IMG/VR virus record: IMGVR_UViG_2974791188_000001
Coordinates: 5,603-69,602 of that record
Strand: one strand, 5' to 3'
Source of the DNA: a virus
DNA length: 64,000 nt
Shown here: piece by piece, positions 9,745 through 19,376 of the stretch
Layout of the letters: every line of letters starts with the position of its first letter
How positions within the stretch are numbered: position 1 is the first letter of the stretch
Notes under the pieces: generated by a model
The model's input: the letters and a program-made list of their open reading frames with translations, nothing else
What the model was told of the DNA's origin: nothing
Databases searched by the model: none
Made by a program: the position numbers and the translations under genes

Positions 9745-12700
9745 ATGGCTGAGAAGTTCACGGTTGGCGATGCGGTCCTAAAGATTATCCCCTCGCTTGA
9801 CGAGTTTAAGAAGCGTCTGGATAGCGAGCTTAAGGCTTACCAGAAGTATTTCGATGTGACGATCCGTGCTGACATGGATCGGTTCAAGCGGGAGTTGCCT
9901 GCCGAGGTTAAGGCTGCTGCGGCTGCTGCTCGTTCTGACGTCAAGGTCGGGGCGGATGCTTCTGAGGCTCATGCGGAGATCGCCAAGGCTAAGGGTGCGA
10001 TTAAGGCTGCTGGCGGGGATATTCGTGTCGGCGCTGATACGGCGGAAGCTGTTGCTGAGATCGCGGCGGCTAAGGCGGCTATCGAGGCTGCTAGTGGCGA
10101 GATCAAGGTCGACGTTGATACGTCGGAGCTGCGCGAGGCATTGAAGCTGGCCCGCGATGAGGCGCGTATCCGTCGGGATATTGCGTTGGCCCGCGACATG
10201 GCTAACAAGGCTGCTGATGATGGCGAGAAGAAGGCTGCTCGCAAGATGGAGCAGAACCTTAAGCGTGAGCTTGATTCTCGTCAGTTGATTGTCGCGGCGT
10301 TGCGTGCGGCGAATGACATTGAGGGCATGTCGACTCAGGAGCGCGAGTCTGCCATGCGCAAGATTCGCGCGGCCGAGCAGGAGGTTGCCCGTAGTCGTGC
10401 GCGTGCCCGTGTGGACACGCAAATGTCGAACGAGGATCTACTTAACGCTCTCACGTCTGAGGCTGTACTGCGGGATCGGATTGCTCGTGCGCGTGCGGCG
10501 GGTGACGAGGCTAGCCTTGCTGCCGCCCGTGAGGAGCTGGGTATCCGGCAGGAGTTGGAGCGTGCGGAGCGTGCTCGTACTCGTGCTGCGGAGCCGGCCG
10601 ATAAGGAAGCTAAGGCTGCTCTCGAAGCTGAGAAGAAGTTGCAGGCTGAGCGCGCCAAGGCTGCCGGTAAGTGGGCTGAGGACCGCCGTAAGGAGCGGGA
10701 GCGCCAGGAGCGTGCACAGGCTAAGGAGGCGGCGAAGAAGGTCGACCTCGGTGCTGCTGAGGCCAAGATTGCGCAGTTGCAGGCTGAGATTGACACCCTC
10801 TCGGGGGACGTTGAGATCGGCGCTGACACCGAGCAGGCCAATATGCGTATTGCGCTGCTTGAGGAGAAGATCCGCCTGCTTCGTTCGGAGTTGCGGATCG
10901 GTGCTGACACTGTTGAGGCCCGCGCTAAGGTTGCGATCCTTGCGGCTCAGATCCGTGCGACGAAGGCCGACATTCGTGTTGGCGCTAACACGCGGGATGC
11001 TGCCGAAGAGGTGGACGATTTCGAGGCTAAGTTCCGGGTCGTCCAGTCGTTCCAGGGCTTCAATCTGTTCTCGCTGGGCAACATCACGTCGGCGATTGTC
11101 GGTATCGGCACTGTCATCGGCTTGCTTGGTGGCGTGGTCGCGGCTGCTGGTGCGGCTGCTACGTCTTTGGGTGCGATGGGCGGCGCTGTCGCTATCGGCT
11201 CTAGTGGCGTTTTCGGCGCGTTTTCTGAGCTTCGGGCACAGAACCAGCCGGGGGCTAAGGATTCGGGCCAGCAGGCCGCTGACGCTATGCGTGAGCAGCG
11301 TGAGGCCACTCAGCGTGTTGCTGATGCTCAGGAGAACTTGCGTAATGCGTCGTCGGATCTGGCTAACGATCAGAACCGGTTGCGTGATGCGACGAAGGAT
11401 GCGACCCGCGAGATTCGGGACCAGAAGCTCGCCTTGGAGGATGCGGCTCTAGCGCAGGAGGGTTCGGCTATTGCTGTGGCCCGCGCTAAGGAGCGGTACA
11501 CGGAGGTTGAGCGTCGGTACCGGCGTGGTGAGGCTTCGGCGCTGGACTTGCAGGAAGCGGATCTGAATGTCCGTACTTCGCAGTCGCGGTTGAAGGCGTC
11601 TCAGAACAACTTGGTGGATCAGCGGGAGACTACGCGCACCACGGTAGCTAACGGTGTGGCTAACAACCCTGGTGTTGTTGCGGCCCGTGAGCAAGTGGCC
11701 GATGGAGTCACTAAGGTGGCTAAGGCCCGCCGTGAGCTGGATGATTCGCGTGCGGATGCGTCTGCTGCGACGGCCGGTGCTGGTGTGGATCGGTTCACGC
11801 AGGCTATGTCTCGTCTGTCGCCGAATGCTCAGGACTTTGTCACTAAGGTGCGGTCTTTGGGTGGGGCTTGGACTGAGCTGCGCACGGCTACTCAGCAAGC
11901 GTTGTTTGCGGGCTTTGGTGACACGTTCACCGAGGTTGCCCGTAAGCAGATGCCTGAGTTGCAGAACGGCATGGTGTTGCTGGCTGGCACTGCTAACACG
12001 GTGTTGTCGGATTCGTTGCGTCGGGTGTCGGATACGTTCTCCGAGTTCACCGCTAATGGCACGTCGATGAAGTTCTTCGACAGCGTCGCGGCGTCGTTCT
12101 CTGGGTTCGCCCCGTTCGTCGAGTCGCTTGTGCGGGTGTTGACCGAACTGACTATCGGTATGGGTCCTCAGCTTGGCGTGTTCTTCGAGAGTCTGGGCCA
12201 GTTCCTAGAGGATCAGGCACCGATGTGGACCCGTATGGGTTCTCAGGTGCTTGCGGTTATGACGATGCTGATGCCTGTTATGGATCAGATGTTCAAGGCG
12301 CTTGAGCCTGTCTTCTCTGAGGGCTTCGAGCAGTTCGTGCGCATCTTCTCCGAGCTAGCTGTCGTGTTGCAGGATAACCAGGGTCCGCTTACCGAGTTTA
12401 CGTCTGCTCTTGGGTCGATGATCGTTAATCTGCTTAAGGCGGTTAACGAGCTGATGCCGATTTTCTTGGGTGCCTTGACGCTGTTTATGCAGGGTATCGC
12501 GGCGTTCGATCCTCAGGTTCTGGCGATCATTCTTGGCACGGTCGTTGCGCTTAGGTCTATTGTTGGCGGCTTTATCGCGGTGGGTAACACTGCGGGACGT
12601 ATGCTCGCGGCTGGTGAAAGCTTGGCTGAGGCATTCAAGTTCCTTAAGCTGTTGCCTGGTCGTCTTGCGGCTAGCGCTATTGGGATGAAGGTTGCTGCGG

Positions 12701-15700
12701 CGGCTACGTTCCTGTGGGGCAAGGCGATGCTGCTGGTCAACGGCATTATGAACGCGTCTCCGGCGATGAAGATTGCGATGGCGGTTACCGCTTTGGCGGC
12801 GGCTGTCGTGTACGCGTACCGAAACTTTGAGCCTTTCCGCAATGCGGTGAATGGCGCATGGGAGGCGCTTAAGAGTTTCTGGGATCTGCTTAACGGTTCG
12901 GGTGAGGGCCAGGCTGCTATGGCGCTTGGTGCTCTGCCGTTGTTGTTTATGCGGACGCGTATTGCGGCGTTGGCTGCGGCTGCTGCGACTACGGTGTGGG
13001 CTGTTGCTCAGCGCGTGTTGAATGCGGCTATGTCGGCTAACCCGGTCGGCATTGTGATCACCCTTTTGGCGGCTCTTGTGGCTGGCCTTATCTATGCCTA
13101 CAAGAACTCGGAAACGTTCCGGAATATCGTGCAGGGAGCCTGGGAAGGAATTAAGGTTGCGGCTCAGTTCTGCTGGGAAGTCCTTAAGTCTGTCTTCGGA
13201 TTCCTAGGCGAGGTCATCTCCGGCTCTATCGAGAATGTTAAGGGCTGGTGGGAAGCGTTCGTTAAGGCGCTGAAGATCGTCGGTGAAGCCTTTAAGGGTG
13301 CCTTCAAGTTGCTTACGGGTGACTTCGAGGGATTCAAGAAGGCGATGGGGTCTATCAGCACTGTGGCCGGTCAGGTCGGAGAGGGAATTAAGAAAGCCTT
13401 CTCTGGTGTCGTCGATGTGATCAAGGCTCCGGTTCGGCTTATCGGCCGTCTGTTGCAGAAGATCCCGACGTCTATCGCGGGCTTCAAGATCAAGGGCGCG
13501 CAGTCGTTGCATGACTGGGGCGAGTCGCTTGCCCGTCTGAGTGTTGGTGGTTCTGCTGCTGGCGCTGGACGTAAGCCTAACGGGATGCTTTATGGTCCCG
13601 GTACGGGCACGTCGGATGACATTCTGGGTGTGAACGCTTATGGCATGCCTACGGCGTTGGTTTCGACCGACGAGGCTGTGGTTAATGCGCGTGGTGTTCA
13701 GAAGTATTGGCCGATCATTGATGCGATCAACAAGGACACTCTTGCTGACGCGTTCGGGATCAAGAAGCTTAATACGGGCGGCACTGTCGCTGATGGTGTG
13801 AATGCTAAGACCCAGTTGGGCGCTAGTGCATGGGATAAGCAGTGGCAGGCGTATTTCAAGACCCAAGGGGCTGATACGCCTAAGAAGGCTTACGACTTCA
13901 TGCAGTCCAACTCGATGGTGCGTGAGTTGTACCGTGGCGGGTCTTTGCCTCCGGATGGTGGCGGTAACGGGTCGCAAGATCCGCAGTCGATGCTCCTCAC
14001 GGGCACTGGCTTGGATGGTGGCGCTTCGGCGCGGGCCGACCAGGAGCAGTTCGCTCGTAATGAGCAGCAGCGGATTAATGAGCTGATCGAGGCTGAGGCT
14101 GATCGCGGGTTCCGGGCGAACGCTCGGAAGATGTTCGATGAGGCGTGGACGGCGTACTTCAACGAGAACGGCGGAAACGACAACCGGGACGCTTATCTGG
14201 GCCGTAACCCTGAGGTTGCGGAGCGGTGGCGGTCGGGTCAGTTCCCTCCGGGTGATGAGCGTTCGCAGGAATCGGTTGCCGATGACCTTAAGGGTGGCGG
14301 CGATGGTAGCGACGATCTGGGTGGCGGCGATTTCGGTGGAGACACCGACTTTGACGACGATTCGGGTTCGAGCAACTATGACGTTGACACTACGGGTGCG
14401 GGCGGCGATCCCAGCTCTGTCGAGATCACCCCGCAGGAGGAATCCCTCCTCATGGGTCAGGAAGTCAATACGTCTCTGTGGCGCGCGGTTAAGGCCGAGT
14501 TCCCGGACGCGATCTTGACTTCGGCTAAGGGTGCTCACGATGATGACGGCGGATACCATCCGGCCGGTAAGGCGATTGACATTGCGGGTTCTAACGACCT
14601 GATGTTGCGTATCAACCATTGGTTGTTCGAGACGTTTGGTACGAAGCTCGCGGAGTTGATTTACGCTCCTGCTCCCCCGGCGAAGCTCATGTACAACAAG
14701 GGCGGGCAGCTCATCACGGATCAGGCGCAGCTTGCTAACGAAGTCTATGCGGGTGATCTTGCTGGGCACACCAACCATGTGCATGTGTCTGCCGATACGG
14801 CGGTGCAGGTTCCGGATCAGGAAGTTGATGGCGGTGTAGGCGGCTTCGGTAACGACGATTTGGGTGACGGCGGTAGTGGCTACGGCGGCGATCCGCTCTA
14901 CGACAACGGCGAGGGCTTGGAGAAGGACGAGGGGCCTAAGGCTTCGACGTCGATCTCCGACGCGATGCGCGGTGACTACTTCGATCCTAAGCGGTTCTCG
15001 CAGAATGTGGCTCTTGCTGTGCATGACGCCACGTGGGACGGAGTTGTTGACGCTTTCGGCTTGGACACAACCTATTACGACGCTTACGGCCAGGCCGTAG
15101 ACGAGACGGAGCGGTTGCGTTTGAAGAAGCTGGAAGAGCAGGGCGGGAAGACCCCGAACGTCGGTGGTGGTGACCCGAACGACCCGGCAACCAAGCGGTT
15201 GATGAGTCGCGGTCAAGGCCCGGTCGGCGGCGAGATGGAGGAGATCAAGGAAGAGCTGGATCACACCTATACCCCTGGTGGTGGTGTGGAACAGTGGCGT
15301 CCTTTGTTCGCCAAGATCTTGGAGTTCGGCGGCTGGTCTATGTCGTTGCTTGAGCCTGGGTTGGCGCAGATGAAGACTGAATCTGGCGGCAATCCTAAGG
15401 CGATCAACAATTATGACTCGAATGCCGCTAAGGGCACTCCGTCTAAGGGCTTGATGCAGGTTATCCAGCCTACGTTCGATGCCAACAAGTCGTCGCAGTT
15501 GAAGGACGACATTTACGACCCGGCAGCGAACATTTATGCGGGCACCAACTACGCGGTTAATCGTTATCCGAACCTTGAAGAGGTCTGGGGCAATGGTCAC
15601 GGCTATTCCACGGGCGGCAAGGTTAAGGGTAAGGGTGGTCGACGTACTGACAGCATTCCGGCTTGGCTTTCGGACGAAGAGTTCGTGATCAATGCTGAGT

Positions 15701-16143
15701 CGGCTATTGCTGCTGGGCCGCTGCTTGAGTGGATCAACGATTCACCTGAGATGGCCGGCCAGTTGGTGGAGACCCTTGCTGGTGGTGCTGGTGCGATCCC
15801 TGGGATTGGGCCTGCTATCGCGGCTGGTGCTCCCCTGTTGGGTGATCTGGTCGAGCATGGTGTCGGCGGGTTGGCTGTTGGCGCGGAAACCCTCGTGGAG
15901 GGTGGCGCGGAGTTCCTGTCTATCGCTGAGCGGGATCGTGTGCAGGCTATTCAAGCGTTGGGTGGGATCTCTGGTTCTGCCCCGTTGACGGCCGCTAAGC
16001 ATGAGGCTCCGGCTCAGGTTGTGAATCAGGGTGCGCGGTACGGCGACGTACATACGCAGTCTCTTCGGGAGTTCCAGCAGTTCATCGAGAAGGAGAACGC
16101 TCACGCGGCGTTCGCCCATATGGCGGGTCATACGATCCGCTGA
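9745..16143 (+). CDS. tape measure protein with internal lytic transglycosylase (SLT) motif
   Basis: 2132 aa; N-terminal tandem ~25-aa repeats (VGAD..EA.AEIA.AK.AI); Gly/Ala TM-like central segments; ESGGNPKAINNYD...GLMQVIQPTF...YAGTNYAVNRY matches SLT catalytic motifs; also AKGAHDDDGGYHPAGKAIDI...NHVHVSAD motif. Confidence 0.9.
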   Translation: MAEKFTVGDAVLKIIPSLDEFKKRLDSELKAYQKYFDVTIRADMDRFKRELPAEVKAAAAAARSDVKVGADASEAHAEIAKAKGAIKAAGGDIRVGADTAEAVAEIAAAKAAIEAASGEIKVDVDTSELREALKLARDEARIRRDIALARDMANKAADDGEKKAARKMEQNLKRELDSRQLIVAALRAANDIEGMSTQERESAMRKIRAAEQEVARSRARARVDTQMSNEDLLNALTSEAVLRDRIARARAAGDEASLAAAREELGIRQELERAERARTRAAEPADKEAKAALEAEKKLQAERAKAAGKWAEDRRKERERQERAQAKEAAKKVDLGAAEAKIAQLQAEIDTLSGDVEIGADTEQANMRIALLEEKIRLLRSELRIGADTVEARAKVAILAAQIRATKADIRVGANTRDAAEEVDDFEAKFRVVQSFQGFNLFSLGNITSAIVGIGTVIGLLGGVVAAAGAAATSLGAMGGAVAIGSSGVFGAFSELRAQNQPGAKDSGQQAADAMREQREATQRVADAQENLRNASSDLANDQNRLRDATKDATREIRDQKLALEDAALAQEGSAIAVARAKERYTEVERRYRRGEASALDLQEADLNVRTSQSRLKASQNNLVDQRETTRTTVANGVANNPGVVAAREQVADGVTKVAKARRELDDSRADASAATAGAGVDRFTQAMSRLSPNAQDFVTKVRSLGGAWTELRTATQQALFAGFGDTFTEVARKQMPELQNGMVLLAGTANTVLSDSLRRVSDTFSEFTANGTSMKFFDSVAASFSGFAPFVESLVRVLTELTIGMGPQLGVFFESLGQFLEDQAPMWTRMGSQVLAVMTMLMPVMDQMFKALEPVFSEGFEQFVRIFSELAVVLQDNQGPLTEFTSALGSMIVNLLKAVNELMPIFLGALTLFMQGIAAFDPQVLAIILGTVVALRSIVGGFIAVGNTAGRMLAAGESLAEAFKFLKLLPGRLAASAIGMKVAAAATFLWGKAMLLVNGIMNASPAMKIAMAVTALAAAVVYAYRNFEPFRNAVNGAWEALKSFWDLLNGSGEGQAAMALGALPLLFMRTRIAALAAAAATTVWAVAQRVLNAAMSANPVGIVITLLAALVAGLIYAYKNSETFRNIVQGAWEGIKVAAQFCWEVLKSVFGFLGEVISGSIENVKGWWEAFVKALKIVGEAFKGAFKLLTGDFEGFKKAMGSISTVAGQVGEGIKKAFSGVVDVIKAPVRLIGRLLQKIPTSIAGFKIKGAQSLHDWGESLARLSVGGSAAGAGRKPNGMLYGPGTGTSDDILGVNAYGMPTALVSTDEAVVNARGVQKYWPIIDAINKDTLADAFGIKKLNTGGTVADGVNAKTQLGASAWDKQWQAYFKTQGADTPKKAYDFMQSNSMVRELYRGGSLPPDGGGNGSQDPQSMLLTGTGLDGGASARADQEQFARNEQQRINELIEAEADRGFRANARKMFDEAWTAYFNENGGNDNRDAYLGRNPEVAERWRSGQFPPGDERSQESVADDLKGGGDGSDDLGGGDFGGDTDFDDDSGSSNYDVDTTGAGGDPSSVEITPQEESLLMGQEVNTSLWRAVKAEFPDAILTSAKGAHDDDGGYHPAGKAIDIAGSNDLMLRINHWLFETFGTKLAELIYAPAPPAKLMYNKGGQLITDQAQLANEVYAGDLAGHTNHVHVSADTAVQVPDQEVDGGVGGFGNDDLGDGGSGYGGDPLYDNGEGLEKDEGPKASTSISDAMRGDYFDPKRFSQNVALAVHDATWDGVVDAFGLDTTYYDAYGQAVDETERLRLKKLEEQGGKTPNVGGGDPNDPATKRLMSRGQGPVGGEMEEIKEELDHTYTPGGGVEQWRPLFAKILEFGGWSMSLLEPGLAQMKTESGGNPKAINNYDSNAAKGTPSKGLMQVIQPTFDANKSSQLKDDIYDPAANIYAGTNYAVNRYPNLEEVWGNGHGYSTGGKVKGKGGRRTDSIPAWLSDEEFVINAESAIAAGPLLEWINDSPEMAGQLVETLAGGAGAIPGIGPAIAAGAPLLGDLVEHGVGGLAVGAETLVEGGAEFLSIAERDRVQAIQALGGISGSAPLTAAKHEAPAQVVNQGARYGDVHTQSLREFQQFIEKENAHAAFAHMAGHTIR

Positions 16144-16227
16144 TTTTCTTTCAAGGTCCACAAGAGCATGCGAGTTTCTGCCTCTGCTCTTGTGGCCTTC
16201 CAATTCTTTTTGTTTGGGGGTTGAGGC

Positions 16228-17139
16228 ATGCCTAAGTCCGATTTGTCGATCGAGTACCGGGCACCTAACGGTTCGGTTTGGCACGTTTCCGGCGAGGGCG
16301 CTGAGGAAGAGGGGGTTCTCCTTCTCCCTAAGCCCACTAAGCTTTATGACGCTCCGACCGTAACGTATTGGGCGCAGTCGGCGTGGAAGCATGTGTATCA
16401 GGGTTTCCGCATTGAGCGACGCGAGCCTGTGATCGGTTTTCAGATCTGGGCGGGGCCTTACGGTACTGCGCGGGATTGGCGCGATATTGACTCGGACTTT
16501 TCGCTTGCGTGGGAGTTTGAGCGTGAGGGCCAGCTTGTGTTCATCACTGATGATGGTGAACGTTCGCTTGGTCTCCGTAAGCTGACTGAGCCTACCTGTT
16601 ATGAGGGCAACATTGAGCAGGGCAAGGACCCGTTCATGTATGCCGATGCCACGGTGGTTATGAACACGGCGGGTGAGAATCCGTTGTGGGTTGGCGAGAC
16701 TGTCGAGATCCCGTTCACCTGTCCTACCACTTCTGGTAGCACCACTTTTGAGATCGAGAACGACGGCAATACGGATATGTGGCCGCGTTGGACGGCGTCG
16801 TGTTCTAAGGCTGGTGGCCGGTTCGTTCTGCCTGACTGGTCGTTCGGTTCGGATGCTTACGGGCGGGCGATCGAGGACCAGAACCGCACGTGGCCTACTC
16901 CAGTGCTGTTGCTGAACGAGCACATTGATGTGAACGCGGACCCGGACGAGGAGCTGTTGGCGTCTTCACTGGGCACTAACCCGTGGAATCGCACTGAGGG
17001 CAACGGCCTTATGTATCCGATCCCTGCTCACACACCTAAGACGCAGGTTCCGGTGTCGTGGTCGGGTGTCGAGCCGGGTGATTCGATCATGCTGACTTAC
17101 ACGCGCATGTATACGCGGCCGTGGGGGGTCACTCGATGA
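16228..17139 (+). CDS. minor tail protein (distal tail / Dit-like by position)
   Basis: 303 aa directly after tape measure. Confidence 0.55.
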   Translation: MPKSDLSIEYRAPNGSVWHVSGEGAEEEGVLLLPKPTKLYDAPTVTYWAQSAWKHVYQGFRIERREPVIGFQIWAGPYGTARDWRDIDSDFSLAWEFEREGQLVFITDDGERSLGLRKLTEPTCYEGNIEQGKDPFMYADATVVMNTAGENPLWVGETVEIPFTCPTTSGSTTFEIENDGNTDMWPRWTASCSKAGGRFVLPDWSFGSDAYGRAIEDQNRTWPTPVLLLNEHIDVNADPDEELLASSLGTNPWNRTEGNGLMYPIPAHTPKTQVPVSWSGVEPGDSIMLTYTRMYTRPWGVTR

Positions 17140-18887
17140 CTACTCCTCTTGAGCCGTTGGTGGATCTGCGTGAGGTTAAGGCGCAGTGTGATGCGACGCG
17201 GCAGGCGCACAAGGCGATGGCTAAGCGTGCTCCGTGGGTGCGGTTGTGGGCTAATCCGCCTGATGACCAGATGGGCCGTGGCCTGATCTTGCGTGGCGTG
17301 GTGAATGACTCGATTGCGGGTTCGTTCCCGTTCACGATTAAGGACCCGGCGACTGGGACGCTTAGGTTGCGGTTGGACCACTATTTGGCTAAGTGGCTGA
17401 TCTCGATTCCGGATGATCCGGAAGCTAAGAAGAATGTGGTGATCTCGGTTGACCACATGGGGCGTGGCAAGAATTGCAAGCTCCGCTGGTCTGGGATTCT
17501 GCATCACTGGACGGTCAAGAAGGATGGTTTCGGGGTCTACTACCTTGAGGCTACGTTCATTGATGACCGCCAGTTCTTGCGTTATCTGCTCGGCCCGCCT
17601 AACCCGGCACTGCCGATCCCGGTGTTCCAGTTCCCTCGTGTGCTCCCGGTCTTCGCTCCCGCTAAGTGGGGCATCTCTTTCCTAATCCTTATCAACCTGA
17701 TGCGCGTGCAATCCAACTGGTTGCAGCTACCAGATGATCCGTTCAACTGGTCCTCGTGGGTGTCTGGCTTTGATCCACGAACGTGGCAGGCCCACATTAA
17801 GGCTGACAGCCTATTGGCTGATTCGTCGTTGTGGGCGTTGCTTGCTACCCGCATGAACACGATGGAAGAGGTTATCTCCGACACGTTGGACGACGCTAAG
17901 CTCGTTATGACGTATCGGCGGATCTTCTCCGTTGATGGTGAAACTCCGGAAGATGCCGGTATGGGTCACCTGTCGTCTATGCGTAATGGTGCGTTGGTGT
18001 TCGAGGTAGTCGATAAGTCGGGCTACTACAACCCTGAGGGCACTTGGTACACGGGTGAGATGTTTAAGGGCTTGGCCCGGTCTGCTGTCCAGTTCTTGGA
18101 GGGCTTCGTTGAGTCGATCCTGACTCCGGTGACGGATGATCAGGGTATTTGGCCTGACGAGTACTACCAGCAGGGCTACTGGGGACAGGCACCTAACCGA
18201 CCTTGGATTGTGCTAAGGGATTCTAAGTGGTCTCAGATAGAGACAGGTTCGCTCACTTGGAATCCCGCTGGACCGGTATCTGTCATCGTTGGTGGCAGTA
18301 ACCCGTATGCGGATCAGATGGCTTCGTTGGCTATCAAGGCTGTGGGTAACATTCTGGGCTATTTCGCTTTGGCGGGCTTCTCGTCTGCTGGCGATATTGC
18401 CGAGTCGATCATTATGCCGTTCCTACAGGGAACGATCCTTGCTTGGCAGCAGTGGAAGAACACTTCCCGCGCTAAGAATCTGGGTTGGGTTCATTTGTGG
18501 GAGACGTATCAGCAGGGCGGCGATAACGCTTGGTCTCTGGCTGCTGCGGCGGCGTTGAAGGCAGGGTTTGAGGCTACCGAGTCTAAGACCTCGCACGAGT
18601 TCACTATGGGTGTTGGGCCGATCTATCCGGGTCTGCACTTCATGCCTGGTGATCGTATCGGTTCTACGGCTGAGCAGATTATCAAGAACAAGGTGTTTGT
18701 GGACGATGTCCAGGTGATCACTTTGTCTTGGGATTTCTCTTCTACGAATACTGATGGCCCTATGTGGTCGTTCTCTGTGACTGTCGGCACGAATGAGGCT
18801 GGCATGTCGGTTTCTGAGCGTCAGGCTCGTCTTGTGTCTAAGGCATTGGCGACGATCCGTGATATTGGCGTTCGCATGGTTACGTAA
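17136..18887 (+). CDS. minor tail protein (Tal-like by position)
   Basis: 583 aa; ATGA overlap with upstream gene; second gene after tape measure. Confidence 0.55.
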   Translation: MTTPLEPLVDLREVKAQCDATRQAHKAMAKRAPWVRLWANPPDDQMGRGLILRGVVNDSIAGSFPFTIKDPATGTLRLRLDHYLAKWLISIPDDPEAKKNVVISVDHMGRGKNCKLRWSGILHHWTVKKDGFGVYYLEATFIDDRQFLRYLLGPPNPALPIPVFQFPRVLPVFAPAKWGISFLILINLMRVQSNWLQLPDDPFNWSSWVSGFDPRTWQAHIKADSLLADSSLWALLATRMNTMEEVISDTLDDAKLVMTYRRIFSVDGETPEDAGMGHLSSMRNGALVFEVVDKSGYYNPEGTWYTGEMFKGLARSAVQFLEGFVESILTPVTDDQGIWPDEYYQQGYWGQAPNRPWIVLRDSKWSQIETGSLTWNPAGPVSVIVGGSNPYADQMASLAIKAVGNILGYFALAGFSSAGDIAESIIMPFLQGTILAWQQWKNTSRAKNLGWVHLWETYQQGGDNAWSLAAAAALKAGFEATESKTSHEFTMGVGPIYPGLHFMPGDRIGSTAEQIIKNKVFVDDVQVITLSWDFSSTNTDGPMWSFSVTVGTNEAGMSVSERQARLVSKALATIRDIGVRMVT

Positions 18888-18908
18888 TTGCTTTGAAAGG
18901 TGATTGTT

Positions 18909-19376
18909 TTGAGTGAGCAGGCCCGACGTTTTGAGTCCGAAGTGACCGATTGGGATGACCCTACTCAGCATCTAGCTCCGTTTCTTTATGAGTGGCCGGC
19001 CTTCGGGAAGATGCAGGCTATGCCTGCCCCGACGGCTTTGGTGCCGTATCAGGCTGAGCTTCTGTACAAGATGGGTGTTCGTTTCCATCCGGAATTGGCT
19101 GAGGTTGTGAAGGTGTCGGATGCGGATGGTGTTTCCCAGTGGGTTTCTAAGGCTGAGGCTGAGGCGTTGGCTGAGGCCGAGTCTGAGCGTTTGGGGTCGG
19201 ATGAGGCGTTGGGCCTGCTTGCCAAGATTTCGCCTGATCGTGCGGCCGAGATTGAGTCGATGAGCGATGAGGAGCGGGCGGCGCAGGCTGACGCTATGGC
19301 CCCCGATCTGGCTGAGGCGCTTAACGAGTTGGCGCGGCTTCGTAAGGCTTTGGAGGTTGCTAATGCTGGTGCCTAG
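18909..19376 (+). CDS. hypothetical protein
   Basis: acidic 155 aa; TTG at 18909 with GAAAGG 9 nt upstream (ORF open from 18900). Confidence 0.4.
   Translation: MSEQARRFESEVTDWDDPTQHLAPFLYEWPAFGKMQAMPAPTALVPYQAELLYKMGVRFHPELAEVVKVSDADGVSQWVSKAEAEALAEAESERLGSDEALGLLAKISPDRAAEIESMSDEERAAQADAMAPDLAEALNELARLRKALEVANAGA

Noticed and set aside
10289-11452. 387-aa plus-strand ORF in an alternative frame of the tape measure gene
   Set aside because: Extremely Arg/Leu/Ser-rich low-complexity translation; out-of-frame artefact.
13204-15600. 798-aa ORF on the minus strand antisense to the tape measure gene
   Set aside because: Arg/Leu/Val-rich composition typical of antisense reading of GC-rich coding DNA; fully contained in a gene with strong functional motifs on the other strand.
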